From Bacillota bacterium (lineage in GTDB: Bacteria; Bacillota_I; Bacilli_A; RF39; UBA660), in the NCBI GenBank assembly GCA_023460995.1, contig JAEWOE010000002.1, positions 77,809 to 141,808 of the forward strand: a stretch of 64,000 nucleotides of DNA, written 5' to 3'. Positions 49,214 through 58,162 of this stretch are shown one piece after another (the first letter of the stretch is position 1; every line of letters starts with the position of its first letter). The notes under the pieces are model-generated. The model saw only the letters and a program-made list of their open reading frames with translations. It had not been told where the DNA came from and did not search any database. The position numbers were made by a program, and so were the translations under genes.

Positions 49214-50707
49214 ATGATGAATAATAATGGTTTTAGTCTGTATGGAACTTTGACTAATCAGGATATAAATCTTACCTTTACACCTCCTATAAACTTATAT
49301 TCTTTTGAATATACGGTATATAAGAACGGTGGTATATATATAAAAGGAACAGGTTCTAATAACCCAATTGGTTTTAATTTTACTGCTACAGGTACATACA
49401 CTGTCATAGTTACAATGACAGATATTACAGGACATAATACTGTAACTAGTCCTCAATATATTGTTGATAAAGAGAGTCCTATTATTACAGTTTCAAAAGA
49501 TAATATTCAAATAGAAGAAGGAAAAAGCTTAAATGCACTTTCAAATATAGTAGTAACTGATAATTATGATAAAGATTTAAGTAAAGAAGTAACAACAAAT
49601 TATGATGAACTAGATTTTGCTACTATAGGTGAAAAAAAGTTGATATATTCTGTAAGTGATAAAGCAGGCAATAATACTTCTAAAACCATCTATGTTAATG
49701 TTGTAAACGGTGTAGATCCTTATGTAGTATTTATTCAGTGTGGGATAGTAATAGGTTTAATTATATTTATAATTGCTATATTAAAATACAGACATTCAGT
49801 TAAAATAGAAAACCGCATTGCTAAATTTTCTGTAGAATCACTTGAGGATGACCAAATTTCATTATTTGATAAGCTATCACTAGTATTGACTAAATATATT
49901 AAAAAGGGAAGTAATTTATTTAATAAATCGGCTTTTTTAAAAAACTACTCAAAACATTTTGAAAAATATACTTCATTATATAATAGTGAATTAACTAGTA
50001 TGGACCTTGTTTCTATAAAGATTACATTTGGTTTGATTTTCGTGCTTGTTTGTATCTTATCACTGGCAATTAAATCAAGAGTATTACCAGTATATGAATG
50101 GATAATACCTTTCTTTGCCGGGATATTTATAGTTGATATATATTATATAATAAAGTATAAATTTTATCGTAGTAAGATTGAGAATGACTTATTGCAGGCA
50201 ATTATTATAATGAATAATGCTTTTAAATCTGGACGAAGTATTAGTCAAGCTATTGACCTTGTAACTACTGAACTAGAAGGACCTATAGCGAAAGAATTCA
50301 AGAAAATATATGTAGAATTATCCTTTGGTTTAGATTTAAATACTGTATTTAAGAGGTTTGCTGATAGAGTTAATGTTGAAGAAGCATCATATTTAACAGC
50401 GTCACTTACTATTTTAAATAAAACAGGTGGTAACATAGTAAAAGTATTTGATGCTATAGAAAAGTCATTATTTAGTAAAAAGAAATTAAAATTAGAACTA
50501 AATGCATTAACAAGTTCTTCAAAAGTAATAAAGAATATTTTATCAATAGTTCCACTAATTTTCTTTCTTTTAATTAGTTTTATTGATTCAAACTATTTTA
50601 CTGTTTTCTTTAATACACAAATAGGTATTATATTATTTATTCTTATATTAATACTTTATGTATCATATATATTAGTAGTAAATAAAATTATGAAAGTTAG
50701 GATGTGA
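49214..50707 (+). CDS. tadB: TadB-like platform protein (T2SS-F domain) with about 170-aa N-terminal Ig-like (DUF5011-type) domain
   Basis: N-terminal PIITVSKDNIQIEEGKS...VTDNYDKDL...IGEKKLIYSVSDKAGN Ig-like repeat like those in the 15039 hydrolase. TM helix. T2SSF-like LLQAIIIMNNAFKSGRSISQAI...LEGPIAKEF. Confidence 0.75.
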   Translation: MMNNNGFSLYGTLTNQDINLTFTPPINLYSFEYTVYKNGGIYIKGTGSNNPIGFNFTATGTYTVIVTMTDITGHNTVTSPQYIVDKESPIITVSKDNIQIEEGKSLNALSNIVVTDNYDKDLSKEVTTNYDELDFATIGEKKLIYSVSDKAGNNTSKTIYVNVVNGVDPYVVFIQCGIVIGLIIFIIAILKYRHSVKIENRIAKFSVESLEDDQISLFDKLSLVLTKYIKKGSNLFNKSAFLKNYSKHFEKYTSLYNSELTSMDLVSIKITFGLIFVLVCILSLAIKSRVLPVYEWIIPFFAGIFIVDIYYIIKYKFYRSKIENDLLQAIIIMNNAFKSGRSISQAIDLVTTELEGPIAKEFKKIYVELSFGLDLNTVFKRFADRVNVEEASYLTASLTILNKTGGNIVKVFDAIEKSLFSKKKLKLELNALTSSSKVIKNILSIVPLIFFLLISFIDSNYFTVFFNTQIGIILFILILILYVSYILVVNKIMKVRM

Positions 50708-50711
50708 TAAA

Positions 50712-51488
50712 GTGAGTAAGACTAGAATTAATTATAATTACAATGAGGAAAAGATAAGAAACTTACGTGAAAGAAATAAGAAAACAGCAGTAGAATTTGA
50801 TAACAGTATTGTTAATAAAGTTTTTAGAAAAAGTGATATAAAATTAGTAGCAAATAGAATAGCTATGATGGGAAGAACTAAACTTACTGTTAGCTCTTTC
50901 TTAAATTTTAGAATTATGTTAAGCATGTGTGTATTTGTCTTGACACTAACTTTTTCAAAATATAGTTACGTTTTAGCGCCACTTTCAGCAATTGCTGTTT
51001 ATTATGGTAGTTATTATGTTCTAATTTCTAATCCTATAAAAAAAAGAATTTCAAAGTTAGATCATGAAGCACTAAATTTTTTTGAAATTCTTACCCTTAC
51101 TTTAGAATCAGGACGTAATTTAGAAAATTCACTTGAAATAACAGTAGACAATGTTGAATCTGAATTATCGGATGAATTTAGAAAAACTCTATTAGAAATT
51201 AAATTTGGTAAATCACTAATTGAATCATTAGATGGGATGAAACAAAGAATACCATCTGAAACAATTAATAATATTATATTAAATATGACTCAAACAAGCA
51301 TCTTTGGTAGTAATATTTTGGATACTATGAATAATCAAATAGATTTTTTAAGAGATAAACAATTATTAGAAGTAAAAGAAAGAATGAATAGATTACCCAA
51401 TAGAATTAGTATTATATCGGTGTTATTTATTGTTCCACTTATATTACTTTTGGTTTTAGGACCTTTTCTAGTAAACTTTTTGGGTTGA
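50712..51488 (+). CDS. tadC: TadC-like platform protein (T2SS-F domain)
   Basis: FEILTLTLESGRNLENSLEITV...FGKSLIESL T2SSF motifs, 3 TM helices. Confidence 0.7.
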   Translation: MSKTRINYNYNEEKIRNLRERNKKTAVEFDNSIVNKVFRKSDIKLVANRIAMMGRTKLTVSSFLNFRIMLSMCVFVLTLTFSKYSYVLAPLSAIAVYYGSYYVLISNPIKKRISKLDHEALNFFEILTLTLESGRNLENSLEITVDNVESELSDEFRKTLLEIKFGKSLIESLDGMKQRIPSETINNIILNMTQTSIFGSNILDTMNNQIDFLRDKQLLEVKERMNRLPNRISIISVLFIVPLILLLVLGPFLVNFLG

Positions 51489-51541
51489 AATTACAAAATT
51501 TAGTGTATAATATGTATGAATGTTAAGAAAGAAGGATACGA

Positions 51542-52849
51542 ATGAAATATTATTTAGTTGGAATAAAAGGGGCTGGAATGAGTGCGCTGGCACTTATTTT
51601 AAATGATTTAGGTTATGAAGTAATTGGATATGATGATGATAAAAATCATGAATTTACTGAAGACAAATTAGACGAACGTGGTATTAAAATTTTTACTGAC
51701 GAAAATAATATTATTGATAAAAATACTATAGTTATAAGAAGTACGGCTATAAAAGAAAGTCATAGAGAGATAGTAAAAGCTAAATCACTAGATTTAAAAA
51801 TATATGAATATAATGAGATGCTTGGTAAAGTAGCAAATATGTTTGAACTAATTACTGTAGCGGGCTGCCATGGTAAAACAACAACTACTTCTTTATTGGC
51901 ACATGTTCTTAAAAATATGGGTGGTTGTAATTATTTAATAGGTGATGGTACTGGTTATGCTAGTAAAGAAAACAAGAAATTTGTTATAGAAGCATGTGAA
52001 TACTATAGACATTTTCTTGTTTATGAGCCAAATTACGCAATAATAACTAATATTGAACTTGATCATGTCGATTATTTTAAGGATATGCAGGACGTTATTG
52101 ATGCTTATTCAGAGTACGCTAATAATGCAGAAAAAATGGTTATTGCTTGTGGTGATGATCCTTATACGAGAATGTTAGAACTTAATAAACCGATATTCTA
52201 TTATGGAATTGATGAAGATAATGATATAGTAGCAAAGAATATTGAGTACACTTCTGATGGTGTAGAATTCGATGTCTTTGTAGAAGAGAACTATTATGGA
52301 CATTTTGATTTACCATTCTATGGTAAACATATGGTACTTAATACTTTAGCGGTTATTAGTGTTTGTTATTATGAAAGAATGGATGCAAAAGAAGTTTCTA
52401 AAAATTTAAAAACTTTTGGTGGAGCTGAAAGAAGATTTGAAGAAACTATTATAGGTGATACTATCTTAGTTGATGATTATGCACATCATCCAACAGAAGT
52501 TAAAGCTGTTATTAAAGCAGCAAGACAAAAGTATCCTAATAAGAAAGTTGTTGCGGTTTTTCAACCTCATACTTTTTCTAGAACACAAGCTTTCGCTGAA
52601 GATTTAATAAAAGTACTTAATTTAGCTGACAAAGCCTTTGTTTTAGACATATTCCCATCACGTGAAAAACAAGAAGATTTTCCAGGAATAAATTCTGATA
52701 TTATTGTTGGAAAATTAAATAATGGAGAATTAATAACTGATGAAAGTTGGGATAAATTAAAGGAATATAAAGGTGCGATTGTACTTTTCCTTAGTCCAAA
52801 ACAAATTCAAAATTTAATGGAAAAATTTACGGAATACTTAAATTGTTAA
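51542..52849 (+). CDS. murC: UDP-N-acetylmuramate--L-alanine ligase
   Basis: GIKGAGMSALALIL, ITVAGCHGKTTTTSLLAHVL, NIELDHVDYF, GGAERRFE, DDYAHHPTE Mur ligase motifs. Confidence 0.85.
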   Translation: MKYYLVGIKGAGMSALALILNDLGYEVIGYDDDKNHEFTEDKLDERGIKIFTDENNIIDKNTIVIRSTAIKESHREIVKAKSLDLKIYEYNEMLGKVANMFELITVAGCHGKTTTTSLLAHVLKNMGGCNYLIGDGTGYASKENKKFVIEACEYYRHFLVYEPNYAIITNIELDHVDYFKDMQDVIDAYSEYANNAEKMVIACGDDPYTRMLELNKPIFYYGIDEDNDIVAKNIEYTSDGVEFDVFVEENYYGHFDLPFYGKHMVLNTLAVISVCYYERMDAKEVSKNLKTFGGAERRFEETIIGDTILVDDYAHHPTEVKAVIKAARQKYPNKKVVAVFQPHTFSRTQAFAEDLIKVLNLADKAFVLDIFPSREKQEDFPGINSDIIVGKLNNGELITDESWDKLKEYKGAIVLFLSPKQIQNLMEKFTEYLNC

Positions 52850-52913
52850 GTATTCTTTTATTTACTTAAAATTAATAATATTGTATAATAATTATAGGAT
52901 GATAGGTGAATGT

Positions 52914-54002
52914 ATGATGTATGTTTTTAGAAACGAAAAAGGATTTACATTAGCGGAACTGTTAGGTGTTATTACAATTTTGGCGATAATAGCATTAATA
53001 ACAGTACCGCTTGTTAATAAATATGTATTAAGTAGTAGGCAAAAAGCCTATGATGTAGAAATTACTACATTAAAAAAAGCTGCACAACAGTGGTTTACAA
53101 GAAATTCTACTTCCGTTGTTTTCGATGGAAACAGTTTTTATGCACTAGATTTAGAAGAATTGAAACAGAGTGAGTTTTTATCTGATCAACCAATATATAA
53201 TCCATTAAACCCTGATGAAGAAATAACCGGATGTGTTATGATTAAAAAAAATGATAGTATTTATAGTTATGAATATAGTGCAACATGCACTGGCACATTT
53301 AATGTATATGTTAATGGTACAGCAGTATATTTTAATCCTGTAACTGGAGCAAAATGTACAGTAGGTGAAGCTGTGAGCACAACCGGAACAAAAACAGGAT
53401 GCATGAAATGGTATACATTTAATGATAGTTCAGAAAAAGATACTGTTAATTTAATATTAGATCATAATACTACGGCATTAGTAGCATGGAATTCTACTGG
53501 AAGTAATATAAGTGGTCCAACAAATGGGCTTACGCAACTTCAAACTGACACTAGTGCTTGGGTAGGAGTACCAACAAGAACAGATAGTTATAGTGTAAGT
53601 AATGGAACAGCTACATATACTATAAACTATAATACTTATAAAGCACGACTAATAACGGCAGCAGAAATTGCGACAATAACAGGAAACAGTAGTTTTAATG
53701 AGTCAAATAGTGGAGCACTTACTTGGTTTTATTTAGATAGTAATAATCAAACTCAAACAGCCACTTCAACTGGAACTAGTAATTATGATTGGTTATTTGA
53801 TTATACATACTACTGTACAGATTATGGGTGTAGTATTGCTGATTCAAGTACAAGTGGTTACTGGACAGCCACATCTGTTCCATTTTCTTCAAGAAGTACT
53901 TGGATTGTACGTCGTAACGGGTACTTGCATAACCTTGAAGTAGAAAATACAATTAACTACGGTATTCGCCCAGTTATAACTATTTCAAAATCTAGTCTTT
54001 AA
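52914..54002 (+). CDS. prepilin-type (type IVa-like) pseudopilin/minor pilin, Ser/Thr-rich
   Basis: MMYVFRNEKG/FTLAELLGVITILAIIALI class III signal (Gly-1, Glu+5). AGGTGA RBS; track ORF start 52881 is upstream. Confidence 0.65.
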   Translation: MMYVFRNEKGFTLAELLGVITILAIIALITVPLVNKYVLSSRQKAYDVEITTLKKAAQQWFTRNSTSVVFDGNSFYALDLEELKQSEFLSDQPIYNPLNPDEEITGCVMIKKNDSIYSYEYSATCTGTFNVYVNGTAVYFNPVTGAKCTVGEAVSTTGTKTGCMKWYTFNDSSEKDTVNLILDHNTTALVAWNSTGSNISGPTNGLTQLQTDTSAWVGVPTRTDSYSVSNGTATYTINYNTYKARLITAAEIATITGNSSFNESNSGALTWFYLDSNNQTQTATSTGTSNYDWLFDYTYYCTDYGCSIADSSTSGYWTATSVPFSSRSTWIVRRNGYLHNLEVENTINYGIRPVITISKSSL

Positions 54003-54028
54003 AAAAAGCAATTAATGAGGTGTTTAGT

Positions 54029-54418
54029 ATGAAAAATAAGGGATTTACATTAACTGAGTTAATAGCGGTAATTGTCCTACTTGGAATCATTGCTTTAATT
54101 GCTATTCCAGTTATAAATGGAACAATAGTTAATTCAAAAAATAAGGCATATAATACACAAGTAAGTACAATTGAAAACACAGCCAAAAAGTGGGGAGTAG
54201 AGAATACGGCATTACTACCTAATGATGAAAATGAGTGTAAAGTTTCAATCGTAGAGTTAATAGCGCAAGGATTTATAGAAGATGATGAAATTATAGATCC
54301 ACGAGATGATTCTAAAATGAATGGTAGTATTGAAGTAAGTTATTCTGTCACTAGTAAAACATATCATTATGTTTATAATGAAACAGTTGATGTGGCTGTA
54401 CCTAATTGTATAAAATAA
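54029..54418 (+). CDS. type IV pilin-like protein (PilA/ComGC-like)
   Basis: MKNKG/FTLTELIAVIVLLGIIALIAIPV prepilin N-terminus, about 125 aa. GAGGTG RBS. Confidence 0.75.
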   Translation: MKNKGFTLTELIAVIVLLGIIALIAIPVINGTIVNSKNKAYNTQVSTIENTAKKWGVENTALLPNDENECKVSIVELIAQGFIEDDEIIDPRDDSKMNGSIEVSYSVTSKTYHYVYNETVDVAVPNCIK

Positions 54419-54440
54419 ATCTCTAAATAGAGATTTTTTT
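54419..54440 (+). terminator. rho-independent terminator after pilin gene
   Basis: ATCTCTA-AA-TAGAGAT then TTTTTT. Confidence 0.65.
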
Positions 54441-54526
54441 GTGAAAAAACATTTGATAATATTGATAAATGTATATATATGTTATATAATAAATATAGAA
54501 TAGAAATAGTATGTGCAGGTGAGATA

Positions 54527-55426
54527 ATGAAAATTTTATGTATTGGTCATGCGGCTTATGATATAACAATTCCAGTAGATGGGTTTCCTAAAGAAAACAC
54601 AAAAAATCGTGTTAGTAATCGTGTTGAATGTGGTGGTGGACCTGCTTCTAATGCAGCTTATTTACTTGCTAAATGGGGAATTGAAACATATTTTGCTGGT
54701 GTTGTGGGTAAAGATTTATATGGCGACAGAATTAAAGAAGAATTATCAAATATTGGCGTTAATATAAAATATTTAGAACAAAATTCTGATTACGAAACAA
54801 CTTCAAGTTTTATTCTTGCTAATAGTGATAATGGTTCTAGAACAATATTTACTTATAGACCAAGTAGTATTCATATGCATGATATAGATATTGATTTTGA
54901 ACCTGATATTATTTTATTAGATGGTCAAGAACCAAAAATATCAGAAGATTTAATATTTAAATATAAAAATGCAATAAGTGTTATTGACGCAGGTAGACCT
55001 AAGGAAGAAATTATAAAGCTTGCTGGTTTTGTAAACTACCTGATATGTTCAAAAGAATTTGCTGAAACAGTATCAGAAAAAAAAGTGAACTATAATGATT
55101 TAAGTACAGTAGCAGATGTTTATAATACTTTAAAAGAAAAGTTTAATAATAATATAATCATTACTTTAGAAGATAGAGGCTGTGTTTACCAAGATGGAAA
55201 TATTATTAAAGTAATGCCTTCTATCAAAGTGAAAGCTGTAGATTCTACAGGAGCTGGTGATATTTTTCACGGAGCTTTTGTATATGGCTTAGCTAAACAT
55301 TTTGAATTAGAAAAAACAATAAAGTATGCTAATCTAGCTGGTGCTATATCAGTAACGCGCATAGGTGGTAGATATTCTGTGCCGAGTTTAACTGAAATGG
55401 AAGAAAAGTATAATGCACTTAAATAA
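54527..55426 (+). CDS. PfkB-family carbohydrate kinase (ribokinase-like)
   Basis: GGGPASNAA, DSTGAGDIFHGAFVYGL (DTxGAGD) motifs. AGGTGA RBS then ATG 54527. Confidence 0.8.
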   Translation: MKILCIGHAAYDITIPVDGFPKENTKNRVSNRVECGGGPASNAAYLLAKWGIETYFAGVVGKDLYGDRIKEELSNIGVNIKYLEQNSDYETTSSFILANSDNGSRTIFTYRPSSIHMHDIDIDFEPDIILLDGQEPKISEDLIFKYKNAISVIDAGRPKEEIIKLAGFVNYLICSKEFAETVSEKKVNYNDLSTVADVYNTLKEKFNNNIIITLEDRGCVYQDGNIIKVMPSIKVKAVDSTGAGDIFHGAFVYGLAKHFELEKTIKYANLAGAISVTRIGGRYSVPSLTEMEEKYNALK

Positions 55427-55679
55427 TGTCATTTTTATTGAAAACCTTCCTAAGTTAGATTTACATGGAGAAAATAGTGAAACAGCACGAGTATTAATAA
55501 ATGATTTTGTTAGAGATAACATAAAGCAAAAAAGAAACATAGTATGTATTGTACATGGAGTAGGATCTGGAATTCTAAGAAAAGCAACGAATGATACTTT
55601 ATCAAAAAATAAAAAAGTAGTTGATTTTAAAACCTATTACTATAATCAGGGTTGTACTATTGTTGAGATTGAAATATGA
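55413..55679 (+). CDS. Smr-domain protein
   Basis: LDLHGENSETAR...IVCIVHGVGSGILRKAT Smr signature. Confidence 0.6.
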   Translation: MHLNNVIFIENLPKLDLHGENSETARVLINDFVRDNIKQKRNIVCIVHGVGSGILRKATNDTLSKNKKVVDFKTYYYNQGCTIVEIEI

Positions 55680-55767
55680 TATAGAAAGACCTTTATTATT
55701 GACATGGTGGGTTAAGTGTGGTAAACTTATAAATACCGTGTGTACAATCAAGAGGGGGTAAAATTTT

Positions 55768-56187
55768 ATGAAAGAGGCTTATTTATTCGATTATATAAAC
55801 GAGAATGAATTTAAGAAACTTGAACGCTCACTAAAAAAATATAATATGCTTGCATATAAGCGTTTATATTTTGAATACTATCCATCCCTAAAAGAAGGAA
55901 ATTTCTTAGGGGAATTGGTAGCAACAAATAGTACACAAGGATCTAAAACATATGAATTAAAACTTCCAACAGATATGATGTTTTCTAAAGTTCATGGTGA
56001 TATAAAATTGCATTATTTGGTTTATGAAGAAAATAAAGTAGTTATGCTAGATAAATTAACGCCAGAAAATATTTTATCTGAGGGACATCAATCAGAATTA
56101 GTAACATATAAAGGTGTAATGGTATCAAAGCAACACTCTGAAAAAGATATGTTTAAAATAAACTTATTAAATATGATTCAAAAATAA
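55768..56187 (+). CDS. hypothetical protein
   Basis: AGAGGGGG RBS; no recognisable domain. Confidence 0.5.
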   Translation: MKEAYLFDYINENEFKKLERSLKKYNMLAYKRLYFEYYPSLKEGNFLGELVATNSTQGSKTYELKLPTDMMFSKVHGDIKLHYLVYEENKVVMLDKLTPENILSEGHQSELVTYKGVMVSKQHSEKDMFKINLLNMIQK

Positions 56188-56201
56188 TCATATTTTTTTT
56201 A

Positions 56202-56230
56202 TTGACAAATTAGCTGAAATGTTGTATAAC
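56202..56230 (+). promoter_or_regulatory. promoter TTGACA-17-TATAAC for GntR-ABC operon
   Basis: Consensus hexamers 34 nt upstream of gntR ATG. Confidence 0.5.
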
Positions 56231-56263
56231 TGTATTAGTTAATTAACACAAAGGGGATGGAAT

Positions 56264-56626
56264 ATGAATTTTATTTTTGATGATGATAAACCAATATATA
56301 AACAATTAGTAGATCAATTGAAGGTTATGATTGCTAGTTGTATTTATAAAAAGGGTGAAAAACTACCATCAGTGAGAGATTTTGCTATTTCTATTAAAGT
56401 GAATCCTAACACTATCCAAAGAGCTCTAACAGAATTAGAAGATGAGGGATTGATAATTACTCAAAGAACTTCTGGTAAATTTATAACTGAAGATGAACAA
56501 ACTATTAAAAATTTAAGAAATAGTTTAGCTCATGAGACAATAAAAAAATTCTTAATTGATATGGATAAACTGGATATATCTCTGGAAGAATTAATAGAAT
56601 TAATTAAAAGTGAAGGAAGGAATTAA
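56264..56626 (+). CDS. GntR-family transcriptional regulator, YtrA subfamily
   Basis: N-terminal wHTH (KLPSVRDFAISIKVNPNTIQRALTELEDEGLI), short C-terminal domain, followed by ABC ATPase and permease. Confidence 0.8.
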   Translation: MNFIFDDDKPIYKQLVDQLKVMIASCIYKKGEKLPSVRDFAISIKVNPNTIQRALTELEDEGLIITQRTSGKFITEDEQTIKNLRNSLAHETIKKFLIDMDKLDISLEELIELIKSEGRN

Positions 56627-56629
56627 TAA

Positions 56630-57325
56630 ATGAGTTTAGTGGAATTAAAAGATCTAAATAAATCTTATGGTATAAAAAAGGTATTAAAGAATGTTAATTT
56701 GAACATTGAAGAGGGAAAAATATATGGTTTATTAGGGCCAAATGGTTCTGGTAAAACAACCATAATAAAACTAATCAATGGGTTACTACAACCTACTAGT
56801 GGGTCTGTTCTTATAAAAGGTAAAAATCCTGGTATAGACAGTAAAAAAACTATATCGTATTTACCAGAAAGAACCTATTTGAATATGAATTTTAAAGTAA
56901 CAGAGATAATAGATTTATTTATAGATTTTTATGAGGATTTTGACAGTAAAAAGGCTTTAAAACAATTAAAAAAATTAAATATTAATCCAAATGACAAACT
57001 AAAAACTATGTCTAAAGGTACTAAAGAAAAAGTCCAATTAGTTTTAGTTATGAGTAGAAAAGCGGATTTATATATATTAGACGAACCAATAGGTGGGGTA
57101 GATCCAGCTAGTAGGGATTATATATTAGAAACCATTCTCAATAATTTTAATGAAGGCTCAAGTATAATTATTTGTACGCATTTAATATCAGATATCGAAA
57201 AGATACTAGACGATGTAATCTTCATAAATAAAGGTGAGATTGCTTTAAACTCTTCGGCAGAAGATATTAGAAATAATAAAAAAATGACTATTGATAAGTT
57301 ATTTAGGGAGGAATTTAAATGTTAA
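56630..57325 (+). CDS. ABC transporter ATP-binding protein
   Basis: GLLGPNGSGKTT Walker A, MSKGTKEKV signature-like, YILDEPIGGVD Walker B. Confidence 0.9.
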   Translation: MSLVELKDLNKSYGIKKVLKNVNLNIEEGKIYGLLGPNGSGKTTIIKLINGLLQPTSGSVLIKGKNPGIDSKKTISYLPERTYLNMNFKVTEIIDLFIDFYEDFDSKKALKQLKKLNINPNDKLKTMSKGTKEKVQLVLVMSRKADLYILDEPIGGVDPASRDYILETILNNFNEGSSIIICTHLISDIEKILDDVIFINKGEIALNSSAEDIRNNKKMTIDKLFREEFKC

Positions 57326-58101
57326 AAAAGTTACTAAAATATGATTTTAAGTCATTGTTTAATGTCTTATTACCTGTCTATGCTATCTTAATATTCTTAT
57401 CATTATTTAATCGATTTGCAGAAGTTTTATCTGATAAAATTTCAATATTAAGAGTTCCAGCTGGTTTTATTTTAATGATTTATGTTATTGTTTTAATAGC
57501 AGCACCAGTAGGAACTTTTATAATAGCTATTACAAAATATTATAAAAATTTAGCAGGTGATGAAGGATATTTAATGCATACTCTTCCGGTTACCAAAAAG
57601 GATTTAGTTTTATCAAAATTGATATCTTATTTTGTTATGTTAATCATATCTATATGCGTTTCAATAATTGGACTCTCTATTGGTGAGTATGGAATTAAAT
57701 TTGACTGGGCAGTAATAGAAAGTCTAATAAATATCATTAAGTCATTAGATACTATAACAGTTGTATTAATGGTAATAACTATTATTTTATCAGTGATATT
57801 TCAGCAACTATTAATGTATACATCTATAGCCTTAGGACAAAAACAAAATGCTAATAAAGTAGTATATTCTGTTATATTTGGAATAGTTTTATATAATATA
57901 AATCAAATTATTTCAGCTGCTATACTACTTATACCTGTATTATTTAATAGAGAATTATGGGAAAAATTAAATCAAAATAACATAGCTCCAAATGTGTTAA
58001 ATGGATATTTAGGTGCCTCAATTTTCATATCAATAATATTTATAGCTGCATACTTTTTTCTAGCAACAAGAACATTAGAAAAACATTTGAATTTAGAATA
58101 G
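57319..58101 (+). CDS. ABC-2 type transporter permease
   Basis: Six hydrophobic helices, overlaps ATPase gene; terminator hairpin GGAGAGAATATCTCC plus T-run at 58101-58123. Confidence 0.6.
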   Translation: MLKKLLKYDFKSLFNVLLPVYAILIFLSLFNRFAEVLSDKISILRVPAGFILMIYVIVLIAAPVGTFIIAITKYYKNLAGDEGYLMHTLPVTKKDLVLSKLISYFVMLIISICVSIIGLSIGEYGIKFDWAVIESLINIIKSLDTITVVLMVITIILSVIFQQLLMYTSIALGQKQNANKVVYSVIFGIVLYNINQIISAAILLIPVLFNRELWEKLNQNNIAPNVLNGYLGASIFISIIFIAAYFFLATRTLEKHLNLE

Positions 58102-58136
58102 GAGAGAATATCTCCTTTTTTTATTAAATTGAATAA

Positions 58137-58162
58137 CAAAAAAAGTAGCTGTAAGCTACTTT
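58137..58162 (-). terminator. rho-independent terminator for the minus-strand arylsulfotransferase-like gene
   Basis: AAAGTAGCT-GTAA-GCTACTTT with A-run on the plus strand (T-run on the minus strand). Confidence 0.55.

Noticed and set aside
51542-52849. MurC homologue as a dedicated pilus-glycosylation or peptide-ligase component
   Set aside because: All canonical MurC motifs are present and nothing distinguishes it from the housekeeping enzyme. A specialised role is not supportable from sequence alone.
52914-54418. Interpretation of the GFTLxE prepilins as a comG competence-pilus operon
   Set aside because: comEA/comEC are present in the window and the 54029 protein is ComGC-like in size, but no comGA (ATPase) or comGB (platform) is adjacent. 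The genes follow a Tad machine instead. Left open as a possibility, not called.
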